A stretch of 64,000 nt of DNA from NCBI GenBank assembly GCA_002722615.1, contig PBMQ01000037.1, forward strand, positions 34,958 to 98,957, read 5' to 3'. The stretch is from Methanobacteriota archaeon. Lineage in GTDB: Archaea; Thermoplasmatota; Poseidoniia; Poseidoniales; Poseidoniaceae. Position numbers and translations under genes: made by a program. Shown in pieces: positions 1 through 10,261 of the stretch (the stretch's first letter is position 1; every line of letters starts with the position of its first letter). The notes below the pieces were generated by a model. It had not been told where the DNA came from. It saw only the letters and a program-made list of their open reading frames with translations, and did no database searches.

Positions 1-882
1 TCTGAAGACAGCTACATCGTTCTGATCGCCAAAAGAACAAACCATGAGTATTCCGCTACCAAATTCTGATTTCACGGATGGGTGTGTCTGAATCTCGACG
101 CTTTTTTCCCGACCTTCAACGGGCATTGGTAGGATCGCACGTTGACCGACGAGATGTTGATATCGTTTGTCATCAGGATGAACGACAACAACGCCACATG
201 CACAAATCATTTCTGGGCGTGTGGTTGAAATAACGAGTTCTTCTCCATTCTCTGTCTTCCATCGGACATCAACAAGTTTTGTCATACGACGAATCCGTTC
301 AACTTCTGCGTCTGCGATGGTCGTTCCTTCGACTGGATCGTAAATGTTGGGTCGCAAATCCTCAACGATATCTCCTTTCTTGAACAATTCAATAAAAATG
401 GATTGAGTTACGGAGCGATAATCAGGTGCGTCTGTAAGATACTCAGCAGCAAAATCGCAGGATAATCCAACTCTAGCCGCCGTTTTCCTCATCGCCTGAG
501 TAAAGGTTTCAATGGTTTCTCTGCATAGGTTTAGGAATTCTTCCCTGTCGTATGTCTTCATTTTCCTCTTGGTATTTTTTTCAACAGTAAATTCGATGTT
601 GATTCCATTTCGGTCAACTCCCCAAGGGAAGTAAACTTCTTTTCCAAGAAGGCGTTGAGAACGTGCCAAAACGTCGATCATGGAATACTGTGCTACTGCT
701 CCAATGTGCCAGGTTCCGGATGGGTATGGCGGTGGGGTGTCGATGACAAAAATTTCTTTCCCACTGTCTGGGTTGAATCCATACCTCTTCTGATAGGCAT
801 TCTCATCAGCGTAGTGTTCTTCTTGAATTTTCTTTTCGAGGTCGATTGACCATCTCTTTTCTGGAAGTCGAGGCGTTCCCAT
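1..882 (-). CDS. valS: Valyl-tRNA synthetase, N-terminal part (runs off the window start; not in ORF track)
   Basis: Manual minus-strand translation from ATG at 882: MGTPRLPEKRWSIDLEKKIQ...IDTPPPYPSGTWHIGAVAQY (HIGH-like), GVDRNGINIE, TTIADAEV, ISTTRPE, FGSGILMVCSFGDQND; class Ia ValRS motifs. Confidence 0.9.
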   Translation of the reverse strand, partial: MGTPRLPEKRWSIDLEKKIQEEHYADENAYQKRYGFNPDSGKEIFVIDTPPPYPSGTWHIGAVAQYSMIDVLARSQRLLGKEVYFPWGVDRNGINIEFTVEKNTKRKMKTYDREEFLNLCRETIETFTQAMRKTAARVGLSCDFAAEYLTDAPDYRSVTQSIFIELFKKGDIVEDLRPNIYDPVEGTTIADAEVERIRRMTKLVDVRWKTENGEELVISTTRPEMICACGVVVVHPDDKRYQHLVGQRAILPMPVEGREKSVEIQTHPSVKSEFGSGILMVCSFGDQNDVAVFR

Positions 883-1015
883 GCTTAACACCGGCCCAAC
901 CCCCTGTGACTGGGGGGGTCCAGTTAACCCTGAGTGTGTTTGTTTTTCAACGGTTCCCTCACATCTCGACGGCAATGCTTTCAATGAAAGACTCAAGGGC
1001 TGGTTGGGTTCCAGT

Positions 1016-4000
1016 ATGTCGGATGGTGTCGACGAGCAAGATACATCCTCAAACGAGGATGATGTTGGTCGAATCCAAGCCATCGCTGACTACAGCCGTA
1101 ATCGGATGCGAGTTGCCTCCGTAGACATCTCTGCCCGTGTACGTGATTTCGATGCAAAGAAAGCAGTTGATGCAGTTCTTGATGCTCCAAAGCGTCTGAA
1201 GCGTGAATGGCAGAAATCCGGTGCTACAGGCGTAATTACAAGGTTCCCTATTGCTACAGTTGCTTTATTTTTGATGATCACAATGTACTTTGTGACCACC
1301 TCGGGATTCCTTGATGATACCCGATTTGATGATGATCCAAACGAACCAGCATTGAACGTCAATGGTGATATGGAGGTCTATCTCCCAGATGGCAGTGAAG
1401 TCAAGGAATTAATCGAAAAAGTCGAGGAGGATTGGACGACAAACGTCATGGTCATTTACATTGAATCTGACAAAAACAACATCACTGATCAGCGAATCCT
1501 TCAGGAGATCAGTTATGTTGAAAAGAGCATCAATCCATATCTCTCTGATAACGAAAGTGATGATGTCATCTATATCCTCTCCATTTCCACGGTACTGAAA
1601 GAAATTAACTCAAGCCTCCCTCGTGTACGAGATGCGTTCATTACTGAATTGGGTCGTCAGTGTCCTTCATTTCAAGAATTATGCGAAAATTTCGCTGCGA
1701 GTGTCAACACAGCATTGTCAGCAGGTGACGAACAATTCGCTGGTGGGTACGAGATTCCATCTCAGACAACCATCGATCTCATCATTGGAGAAATGTATGA
1801 AAATGACGGCTCCCCTACTCCTGGTCTGGATAAACTCGCTCGCAACACAAATGCTTGCACTGGAGAACCGGGAGTTGATGATGCTGATGATAATGGATGC
1901 ATAGGTGGAGAAGACCTTAAACTCGATCGAGCAATCATGGCTGTAGCTGTTGTTGATACCATTGAAGCAAAGGATATCATCAAGGCAACACAGGAGCGAT
2001 TGGACAATATCTCATCTGAGCCACGTCCTTGTGAATTTGATCAAAACGGTAACCCAGCGAATGATGACCGATGCACTTGGGAAGATTTAGGACTCAAGAT
2101 GACGCTAACTGGTCCAGTTCCGATTACAAACTCAGTAACGGAATTTTCATTCCGACTCTTTTGGGAGATTTTTCCACTAGCGGTTGTTTTGGTTGCCCTA
2201 GGATTGTTTGTATTTCACTCGGATCTTCTCCAAGCAGGTATCTCTGGGATTCGACCAATTCAAGGAATTAAGGTCGTAATTATTGCTGGACTGCCCACTC
2301 TTTGTGCTGTGTTTTGGACGCTTGGAATTATTGGTGCATCGGACTATGAAGTGACGATGACGGTGATTATCGTCGGCCCGATTCTACTAGCTTTGGGCGT
2401 ATCCTACGGTTTGCACATCACCAATCGATACGCTGAGGAAGAGGGGAGCAGAAGCGAAAAGATGCAAGCCTCTATGAAATCGACAGGACGGGCAGTATTC
2501 CTATCGGCGGTTACTACGGTTATTGGATTCATTTCATTGATTTTTACACCCATGGCTCCGATCAAAACAGTTGGAATTGCACTTTCTGGTGGAATTGTAG
2601 TCGTTTACATTCTCACGATGTTCATGGTGCCGAACCTTACGTTGATTCTTGACTTGAGGAAGCCAAAACATCCCCCGCTCAAGGTCTTTGATGCTGCAGT
2701 AGACGTTCCTATCAAAAGAAATACCAGCGTTATTGGGTTCTTCCTCATCCTTGTTCTCGTTTCGGCGACGCTTGGGCAAGCCAATGTGGAAGAGAACATC
2801 GACTTGCTTGGTATGGCTCCCGAAGGCGAACAGCCCGTCATTAAAATGAAACAATACAGCAGAGAATTCAATGCAGGTCAAATCGGGATGGTCTTGGTTC
2901 ATGCAAATGTTTCCGGGGATATTAGTGATAGTGACCCTACAAACGATGATCCTGCTCAAAATTTGAAAATCATCGATGGGCTTGAACGAAACCTCAATAC
3001 CATCGAAAATGCATCCGCAGTATCCGTCGTATTTTTGATGAAAGCCACAGGACTTGCACCGACGATATCTGGACAACCCATACTCGCTCAGATTCAAGAA
3101 CTTCCCGGATATGATGTTCTTCCTGAAGATGTTCGTGATACATTTGAAGTCTTACTTGATGTCGAAGCAACTCAAGGTGCAACGTTCTGGGATCTCCTAA
3201 CAACTCCAGACGAATTTGGATTGCCGGGTTCCACTCAAAGCCAAATCTTCTTGTTGGATGTATTCTATTCATCATTGACAAAAGAAATGCGTGAGATTTT
3301 TATCAATTCAGATTATGATCGCACACTCATTTACATTGATATGCCGTTTATTCCTGTTGCGGATACAGCCGTTGCCGTTGAACAAATTAACGAGTATTCC
3401 GAAGGATTCCGAGGCACTCAGCAAGAACACGCAGAGAAACTTACAGGTGTTGCTGCCACTGCAATTGAAGTCAACAAACTAATTGTTGATTCTCAGTGGA
3501 GGTCGCTAGGGTTTGCAGTTACACTTACGCTCATTGTTTTGGCGGTAGTGTTCAGAGATATTCGTTATTCACTGCTCACCACCTCTCCTGTCATCGCTAC
3601 GGTTGCTCTCCAATGGCTCGTCATGTGGCAAATGGATGTTCCGTTATCACTTGTAACGGTCATGATTGGATCGATATTGGTTGGAGTCGGTGTCGACTTT
3701 TCGATTCACATAGCCAACCGCATTCGTGAACTTGGGGGCGGCATTGAAGCGATTCGATCAGCAGCCGTTGGAACAGGTATGTCTCTCTTCGAAGCAGCTG
3801 TCGTAACATCGTTGGGGATGTTTACCGCCTACCAAATCCCTATTCCTGAAATCAAACCGTTCGTCACAGTCATTCTGATTCTGTTGTGGGTGGCTGCTGC
3901 TAGTGCTTTGTTCCTCCTTCCAGCAATTTTCGTGACTCTTGAGAAATATGGTATCGGGGTTGTTGGTGGTACATCAGGTATGGCGAAACGACTTGGCCTT

Positions 4001-4078
4001 GGAAAAATCAAAGCCGATGACCCAGATGTACTCGAGGCAGTTCTTGTTGTTGACTCGAAGAACAAAGAAGCGTGGTGA
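1016..4078 (+). CDS. MMPL/RND-family membrane transporter
   Basis: Two repeats of TM + large extracytoplasmic loop + 5 TM, with motifs LALGVSYGLHITNRY and VGVGVDFSIHIANR. Start moved from 881 to ATG 1016 because 881 abuts the valS start. Confidence 0.85.
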   Translation: MSDGVDEQDTSSNEDDVGRIQAIADYSRNRMRVASVDISARVRDFDAKKAVDAVLDAPKRLKREWQKSGATGVITRFPIATVALFLMITMYFVTTSGFLDDTRFDDDPNEPALNVNGDMEVYLPDGSEVKELIEKVEEDWTTNVMVIYIESDKNNITDQRILQEISYVEKSINPYLSDNESDDVIYILSISTVLKEINSSLPRVRDAFITELGRQCPSFQELCENFAASVNTALSAGDEQFAGGYEIPSQTTIDLIIGEMYENDGSPTPGLDKLARNTNACTGEPGVDDADDNGCIGGEDLKLDRAIMAVAVVDTIEAKDIIKATQERLDNISSEPRPCEFDQNGNPANDDRCTWEDLGLKMTLTGPVPITNSVTEFSFRLFWEIFPLAVVLVALGLFVFHSDLLQAGISGIRPIQGIKVVIIAGLPTLCAVFWTLGIIGASDYEVTMTVIIVGPILLALGVSYGLHITNRYAEEEGSRSEKMQASMKSTGRAVFLSAVTTVIGFISLIFTPMAPIKTVGIALSGGIVVVYILTMFMVPNLTLILDLRKPKHPPLKVFDAAVDVPIKRNTSVIGFFLILVLVSATLGQANVEENIDLLGMAPEGEQPVIKMKQYSREFNAGQIGMVLVHANVSGDISDSDPTNDDPAQNLKIIDGLERNLNTIENASAVSVVFLMKATGLAPTISGQPILAQIQELPGYDVLPEDVRDTFEVLLDVEATQGATFWDLLTTPDEFGLPGSTQSQIFLLDVFYSSLTKEMREIFINSDYDRTLIYIDMPFIPVADTAVAVEQINEYSEGFRGTQQEHAEKLTGVAATAIEVNKLIVDSQWRSLGFAVTLTLIVLAVVFRDIRYSLLTTSPVIATVALQWLVMWQMDVPLSLVTVMIGSILVGVGVDFSIHIANRIRELGGGIEAIRSAAVGTGMSLFEAAVVTSLGMFTAYQIPIPEIKPFVTVILILLWVAAASALFLLPAIFVTLEKYGIGVVGGTSGMAKRLGLGKIKADDPDVLEAVLVVDSKNKEAW

Positions 4079-4119
4079 AGCCAAGCAAAGGGATAAGACC
4101 TGTATCCCCATCAAGTAAC

Positions 4120-4599
4120 ATGGTCAAGTATTGGCTCATGAAGTCAGAACTCGATGTCTATCCCTACGCACAACTTGTAGCCGACGGGACCACGCATTGG
4201 GATGGTGTTCGCAACTATCAAGCTCGTAACATGATGAGAGATGATATGAAAATCGGTGATTTCGTCCTCTTTTACCACTCGAACTGTAAACCACCTCATG
4301 TCGCAGGTGTTGCAAGGGTTTGCCGTGAAGGATACGGTGATTTCACTTCATGGGACTCATCATCAAAGTATTTTGATGAAAAGTCAACTCCAGACAACCC
4401 TCGTTGGTTTATGGTTGACATAGAACCCGTCTGTGCGTTGGACTCCATCGTAGCGCTCGATGCTGTCCGCCAAGAAGCTGCTTTAGCAGACATGCTGTTG
4501 ATTCGGCGTGGGCAACGACTCTCAATCCAACCAGTCCAAGAAAATGAATTCCAACACATCTGTGAAATGGGTGGAGTTTCGGTTTCTGATTTCAAGTGA
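4120..4599 (+). CDS. EVE domain protein (THYN1-like)
   Basis: YWLMKSE, WDGVRNYQARN, GDFVLFYHS, YFDEKSTPDNPRW, RLSIQPV. Confidence 0.92.
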   Translation: MVKYWLMKSELDVYPYAQLVADGTTHWDGVRNYQARNMMRDDMKIGDFVLFYHSNCKPPHVAGVARVCREGYGDFTSWDSSSKYFDEKSTPDNPRWFMVDIEPVCALDSIVALDAVRQEAALADMLLIRRGQRLSIQPVQENEFQHICEMGGVSVSDFK

Positions 4600-4608
4600 G
4601 GCCTTTCA

Positions 4609-5820
4609 ATGCAACCACTTTCAGCAACACAAAGAGCACTCAACATTGAGTACGCGATTCGTGATGTCGTAGTCCCCGCAACCGAACTTGAATCCCAAGG
4701 TCATTCAATTATCAAACTCAACATCGGTGATCCAATCGCCTATCCCGGATTGCCAACCCCTCCTCATATGGTCGAAGCATTTGCTCAGGCGTTGAATGAT
4801 GGTCGCAACGGCTATTCTCCTTCTTATGGGCTGCCTGAATTGCGTGAAGCAATTGCGAATGATGAATCAAGCAAGGGTTGGCCTGCAACATCTGATGACG
4901 TTTATGTTTGTCATGGCGTCACTGAAGCGCTTCAAATCCTCTTCCAAGCAACGTTGGAGGAAGGAGATGTTGTCCTTGCCCCAGGTCCACATTATCCTCC
5001 ATATATGGCGTATCCACAAATGTATGGTGCTGCGACCATCGAATACAGCCTCAAATCTGAGCAAGGATGGGCTCTTGATTTTGATGATATCGAATCGAAG
5101 ATGAACGACCATGTCCGACTGTTTGTTTTGATCAATCCAAACAATCCTACCGGTGCAGTTGTTGGAAAGGATGACATCGACCGTCTTTTGAAGATCTTAG
5201 GACGATGGCCAAATTGCATTCTTGTTGCGGATGAAATTTATGATGGTCTCGATTTTTCAAATCAGCAAGTAAGTGCTGCCAGTCGGTCCGATTCCCAACC
5301 AGTCGTGACCATGAACGGAGTTTCCAAAGTGTACTATGCGCCTGGATGGAGAATTGGTTACATGGCTCTACATGATCCAGTTAACAACCTTGGCTCAGTT
5401 CGAGACGGTATCGAGCGAATTCTCCGTTCGCGTTTATGTGCTTCAACTCCTGCCCAACTTGGTTTCCTAGCAGGTCTTCAACAGGATCGCTCATGGATGG
5501 ATGTCTACTCAAAAACCGTACAGGATAGACGGGACGTTTGTTTGGAAAGAATCGCTTCGATAGAAGGCTTGGAAGTCGAAAAACCGCAAGGCGCATTTTA
5601 CATGTTTGTTCGATTAACTGATGAAAAATGGAAGAACAATGACAAAGAATTCGTTTTGCAATTGCTTCATGAAGAACACGTTCTCTTGGTTCATGGTTCA
5701 GGTTTTAGCAGCGAAAAAGGAAAAGGACATGTCCGCTTGGTGTTTTTACCCGATATTCCGACTTTACATACTGCATTTGACCGCATTGATTCCTTCCTTC
5801 AACGTTCTCGTATTTCATGA
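4609..5820 (+). CDS. PLP-dependent class I/II aminotransferase (alanine aminotransferase-like)
   Basis: IEYAIRD, KLNIGDP, INPNNPTG, ADEIYD, SKVYYAPGWRIG (PLP lysine). Confidence 0.9.
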   Translation: MQPLSATQRALNIEYAIRDVVVPATELESQGHSIIKLNIGDPIAYPGLPTPPHMVEAFAQALNDGRNGYSPSYGLPELREAIANDESSKGWPATSDDVYVCHGVTEALQILFQATLEEGDVVLAPGPHYPPYMAYPQMYGAATIEYSLKSEQGWALDFDDIESKMNDHVRLFVLINPNNPTGAVVGKDDIDRLLKILGRWPNCILVADEIYDGLDFSNQQVSAASRSDSQPVVTMNGVSKVYYAPGWRIGYMALHDPVNNLGSVRDGIERILRSRLCASTPAQLGFLAGLQQDRSWMDVYSKTVQDRRDVCLERIASIEGLEVEKPQGAFYMFVRLTDEKWKNNDKEFVLQLLHEEHVLLVHGSGFSSEKGKGHVRLVFLPDIPTLHTAFDRIDSFLQRSRIS

Positions 5821-8800
5821 AGTATGCTGGCGAAGAATTCATCATGACTAATCTCAGCGTGTGCTACATGCGGAAGCCATTCTATGGACTATCGTTCATG
5901 TTTCTTGCGCTCTTACCAAGTGCTTCTGCTTCTTCGATTGCGCAACCGACTGAGTTCGACACTGCCTACCTCTATCCTCTGATTCTATCACTGTTTATTG
6001 GAGCATTGCTGTGGAAATTTTTTGTTCCGCGTCAACTTTCAGCCCTCCAAGTAGCGTTTGAAATTGATGACAACCTGTATGAGGTTCATCGCTTAACAAG
6101 GACCGTAGAAGATGCTCGTGACATCCTTCAACAAGGCCGCGTAGCATTCGGTGTTGGCTTGTATATGATGGGTATGCTCGGTGTACTCCTCTTGATCTCA
6201 GAACTTATATTTCAGCCACAGGTCTATTTTGAACCAAATCTATGGATCATTGGGCTGTTCGTTTTAATTCCAATTATGATTTCACCATGGGAAACAATGA
6301 ATGCTCAGTTGGCAGGAAAAGGAGATACAAGGATTGGTGCTACAACCATTGGAACAGGAATTCGTCGAATTTTTACCCTTGGCATTCTTGTTTCAGCAAC
6401 ACTGATTACGCTCATTTACGGAATGAATGAGAATGGTGGGAGGATTACCCCTGTATGGCTAGCTATTACGATGTTGGTGTTCATGGCACCAACCATTTTG
6501 GCGTATGGTCGAATTATGGGTGCTTCATGGAATATGCTTCTAGTGAATAAATGGAGAACTGCCAACGGCCGCAGAAATCCAATTGATCCTGACAAACCGT
6601 CGTTTGTTAATCGTCTCTTTTCTCTCCTTCTTGTCCTGTTTTTGATTACAATGCCTATTACTGCTCTCAATGGTATCGTGACTGTGTTTCACGTTCTCTA
6701 TAACAGTCCTTCCAATACAGAAGAGATTCTCAATTACGGTGGAATTATCGGGCATTCAATTTATGAACGGATCGATTTGATTTCAGAAATTCTATTCCAT
6801 TGGGAATTTATCAAATCGATGCCCCAGTTCCTTTCATTGTACCTCTCATTAAACATCGCTATCGTTGGATTGGCATTTATTTTTGAATTGACACGTAACC
6901 TTATTCTCGGCGGTCAAACGTTTGGTGGCATGTTTGGTGTTACCCTTGATACACCTCGAGAGATTCGTACAGAGGAATCAGCACAAGGCCGTCAAATTGC
7001 ATTTGCTTTTGCCGGTTTTTCCGGCTACACCGTTTTGCTTTTGATTCTTGTTTGCTACAAAGAATTTGGAGATTTAATGCCATTCACATCTAATCTAGAA
7101 GCCAATGACTTTGATGAAGAAATGCGCTTGCTTACAACATGGATGTTCATTGCAGTTGGTAATTCAGTTTTCCTGTTTACTTGGCTACTTTCAATCGCTC
7201 GACTTTCCCCGCTTCGCCAGATTCGTTTCGATCTTGATCCAGAAGAACGCCGAGAAGGTGCAGTCATGTTCGCAGGAGGTGACTGGATGCGTGAATTCAT
7301 CGATGATGCTGCTTTGCAAGAAGATCTTGATGGTTTGATACGGTTTCAGAAGCAGTCGATTGAGGGTGATCAGTCCTTGGTTCGCCATGAAAAAGCACGT
7401 GCAAGAATGTGGGAGTGTGCTATCCGAGGTCTTTGGCCGAAAGCTGTTGAAGAAGCGAAGAAAGTCCTCGCACAATCAGGTGGTGACGATGACGAAGCTC
7501 GAATGCTAATCGCAACTGGTTACATTGCAACTCGTCGCCTTGATGCTGCGCGCGGCGCATTACGCGGGCTCCAACAACCTGAGGGGTATGACGAGCCAGA
7601 ACTTCTCGCATTTATTTGCGAATGGATTGATCCATGGCATGGGACAGTCGATGAGGATGATTTGTGGGATTGGGAAAACAACTCAACTATTGACCATTTG
7701 AATGAAAAAATGCGCATGCTACGTTATTGGACGCCTTCTTTTTCAAAAGAAGCTACGCAGCACAACGATCGCCTTTCACTTATATCCTCAATATCCAATG
7801 TTGCAACTCTGCGTATGCAGCGTAGGCATGATGAAGCATTGGAACTCGCTCTGGAGTCGGTTAAACAAGATCCACTTGGCGTACGACCGCGTATTGCAGC
7901 AGCATTGTGTTTGTTGGATCGAGGCGATTGGCATCAAGCCTTATCGATTTACAAGGAACTTCGTGAAAGTGATGTCAACGATCCGAGAGTCAAGGCGCTT
8001 TCAGTCATCCTTGGTCATGAAGCAGATGCTGAGGAATTTGAAGTATCATTGGTCATGGAAAAAGGTAAATCGATTAAACGTTGGTTGGATGATGCACCAG
8101 TTAATCCAGTTGCAGGTTTGGCAACGAAAGGTGGCATCGATGAGGCTATCAATGCAAATGTTATGATTGTGAGCCATGAGGCAGTTCGTCGTGGAATGAC
8201 ACCCCGATACTCGACATCATTCATTTTCAAAGTAGTTCAATTCTTCCTCCTACCTATGATTTTCATTGTCACTGGAATTGGATTGGACTCTGTGTACGGA
8301 GCGGCTGAAGGAGCAGTTGCGACGGTCACGTTGTTCGTTCTCCAGTTTGGTTTGTATCGATTTAATCGTCAACAGCGCAAGCAAATCAAACATCGTGATC
8401 AACGTTCTTTGGTTGAGTATGCTAAAATGATGAAGAGGTCAAAGGTTAAACCAAGCCGAGACAATATACCTGTTGGAACCCACCTCCTGCTTTCTGGTAT
8501 TCTCGTTACGGTCAATGGCGTTGTACTTGACATCGGATTGCCTGGATGGTTGACAGAACGTTTGCCGAAAGATTCCGATAAAACAATTCGTTCAAGATTA
8601 AAACGTAATGCAATGACAATGTCGAAGAATCGACCCGGTAAACTTTCAGTTTTATCCTCAGGTTGGTGGCTGAAACGACCAAAAGAAGAGGACGGAGATA
8701 TGCCTGCCCTAGAACGATTGATAGGTGCTCTTGCCTATCGTGGACGGCAGACCATGGTTCAGAAGAAAACAACTAGCTTGAACCGCTCAACAAAGGTAGG

Positions 8801-8921
8801 AAAAGGTAAAACTCCGGTTTCGGAACTTAACCTTTCGAAAAGGAATGTTCCTACACATACAATTGCCAGCGAACGGTCAACATACTCTGGGCCGAGACGC
8901 CCAGGACAGCGTCGAAATTGA
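5817..8921 (+). CDS. Large multi-pass membrane protein with TPR-like helical region, function unknown
   Basis: Signal-like N-terminus (probable start ATG 5868), about 9 hydrophobic segments, helical repeats (EALELALESVKQDPLG..., WHQALSIYKEL), two more TMs and a basic tail. Confidence 0.7.
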   Translation: MKYAGEEFIMTNLSVCYMRKPFYGLSFMFLALLPSASASSIAQPTEFDTAYLYPLILSLFIGALLWKFFVPRQLSALQVAFEIDDNLYEVHRLTRTVEDARDILQQGRVAFGVGLYMMGMLGVLLLISELIFQPQVYFEPNLWIIGLFVLIPIMISPWETMNAQLAGKGDTRIGATTIGTGIRRIFTLGILVSATLITLIYGMNENGGRITPVWLAITMLVFMAPTILAYGRIMGASWNMLLVNKWRTANGRRNPIDPDKPSFVNRLFSLLLVLFLITMPITALNGIVTVFHVLYNSPSNTEEILNYGGIIGHSIYERIDLISEILFHWEFIKSMPQFLSLYLSLNIAIVGLAFIFELTRNLILGGQTFGGMFGVTLDTPREIRTEESAQGRQIAFAFAGFSGYTVLLLILVCYKEFGDLMPFTSNLEANDFDEEMRLLTTWMFIAVGNSVFLFTWLLSIARLSPLRQIRFDLDPEERREGAVMFAGGDWMREFIDDAALQEDLDGLIRFQKQSIEGDQSLVRHEKARARMWECAIRGLWPKAVEEAKKVLAQSGGDDDEARMLIATGYIATRRLDAARGALRGLQQPEGYDEPELLAFICEWIDPWHGTVDEDDLWDWENNSTIDHLNEKMRMLRYWTPSFSKEATQHNDRLSLISSISNVATLRMQRRHDEALELALESVKQDPLGVRPRIAAALCLLDRGDWHQALSIYKELRESDVNDPRVKALSVILGHEADAEEFEVSLVMEKGKSIKRWLDDAPVNPVAGLATKGGIDEAINANVMIVSHEAVRRGMTPRYSTSFIFKVVQFFLLPMIFIVTGIGLDSVYGAAEGAVATVTLFVLQFGLYRFNRQQRKQIKHRDQRSLVEYAKMMKRSKVKPSRDNIPVGTHLLLSGILVTVNGVVLDIGLPGWLTERLPKDSDKTIRSRLKRNAMTMSKNRPGKLSVLSSGWWLKRPKEEDGDMPALERLIGALAYRGRQTMVQKKTTSLNRSTKVGKGKTPVSELNLSKRNVPTHTIASERSTYSGPRRPGQRRN

Positions 8922-8968
8922 GCCCGAGGATTCATATAATTCATGAACCCCTTTGTGATGGTTCGCAC

Positions 8969-10261
8969 ATGAGCAATCGTTCACCTCGAGAATCCGTTGA
9001 TGCCGTTTTGGCTGCGTCTACACAAAGCACAACGCTCTATGGCAAAGGGCTAGGGATGATCGCATCGGAGAACATCATATCTCCAAACGTGAAGCGAGCA
9101 ATTAATTCTGATTTGCACGGTCGGTATGCAGAAGGGCTTCCTGGCAAGCGCTATTACCAAGGTTGCGATGATTTTGATACCATTGAGGAGATAGGCATAT
9201 CCCTTGCAAAAAAGGTATTTCAATCCAATTTTGCCAACATCCAATCGACATCTGGGACTGTGTCCAATATTGGTGCATTGAAAGCTCTTGCAAAACCTGG
9301 AGATTCAATAACAGCTGTATCAACTGCCGACGGAGGTCATATTTCTCATGCACGCATGGGTGCTGTTGGACTTCGAGATCTCAATGTTTCGACTTACCCT
9401 TGGGATGAGGATCGAATGGAACCTGATATCGATGCATCCTGCGCCCTCATTCGTGAACTTCAACCGAAAATTACCCTTGTCGGGCAATCTGTATTTCTAT
9501 TCCCAACTCCTTTGAAAGAACTGGCCGAAGCAGCTCATGAAGTTGACTCAACCGTCATGTACGATGGCGCACACGTACTGGGTCTTATTGCAGGCGGAGT
9601 GTTTCAAGACCCATTGCGGGAGGGTGCTGATGTGATGACTGGGTCATCTCACAAGACATTTCCAGGACCTCAAGGAGGGTTCTTACTTTCTTCGAGCGAA
9701 GACCAAACATTTCATCGTAAGTTGAACAATGCAATGTTCCCCGGAGTTTGTTCGTCGTATCACTTGCACCATGTTGCAGGAAAAGTCGTCGCCTTGGCAG
9801 AGTTTGAGGCATTCGGTCATGCCTATGCTAGCGACATCGTTCGTAATGCCCGTGTCTTTGCAGAATCTCTCGCAGCAGAAGGGTTTGATGTGTTGGCAGA
9901 ATCTCGTGGATATACTGCCTCGCATCAGGTTTTGACCAGACATGGAGGGATTGACTCTGGAGCTGGTGCTGTTGCTGCAAAGAAGTTGGAAGACGCAGGA
10001 ATTATCACGAACATGAACATGCTTCCGGGTGATACAAAAGCAATGACACCATCTGGACTGCGCTTAGGGGTTCAGGAATTAACTCGAGTTGGCATGGGTG
10101 TAAATGAAATGGCAGAAGTCGCTTCGTTATACGCTCGCGTTCTCATTCACGGGGAACATCCAAAAGATGTCAAAAATGATGTCCACCATCTGAAATCTGA
10201 CTTCCAGCATGTGCAATATTGTTTCGACTCGGAATCTATCCCTGCCTATGAAGGGATGTGA
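8969..10261 (+). CDS. glyA: Serine hydroxymethyltransferase
   Basis: MIASEN, RYAEGLPGKRYYQGC, GGHISH, YDGAHVLGL, GSSHKTFPGPQGG, PSGLRLG. Confidence 0.95.
   Translation: MSNRSPRESVDAVLAASTQSTTLYGKGLGMIASENIISPNVKRAINSDLHGRYAEGLPGKRYYQGCDDFDTIEEIGISLAKKVFQSNFANIQSTSGTVSNIGALKALAKPGDSITAVSTADGGHISHARMGAVGLRDLNVSTYPWDEDRMEPDIDASCALIRELQPKITLVGQSVFLFPTPLKELAEAAHEVDSTVMYDGAHVLGLIAGGVFQDPLREGADVMTGSSHKTFPGPQGGFLLSSSEDQTFHRKLNNAMFPGVCSSYHLHHVAGKVVALAEFEAFGHAYASDIVRNARVFAESLAAEGFDVLAESRGYTASHQVLTRHGGIDSGAGAVAAKKLEDAGIITNMNMLPGDTKAMTPSGLRLGVQELTRVGMGVNEMAEVASLYARVLIHGEHPKDVKNDVHHLKSDFQHVQYCFDSESIPAYEGM

Noticed and set aside
881-1015. Long N-terminal extension of the MMPL ORF
   Set aside because: It collides with the valS start and covers the divergent promoter region; ATG 1016 is preferred.
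2534-3097. 187-aa antisense ORF, and similar ones at 11556-12098, 24993-25550 and 27278-27817
   Set aside because: Shadow ORFs overlapping well-supported genes, with no recognisable motifs.
4120-4599. EVE domain as a modification-dependent restriction system
   Set aside because: Stand-alone, with no nuclease or McrB-like partner, in a housekeeping context.
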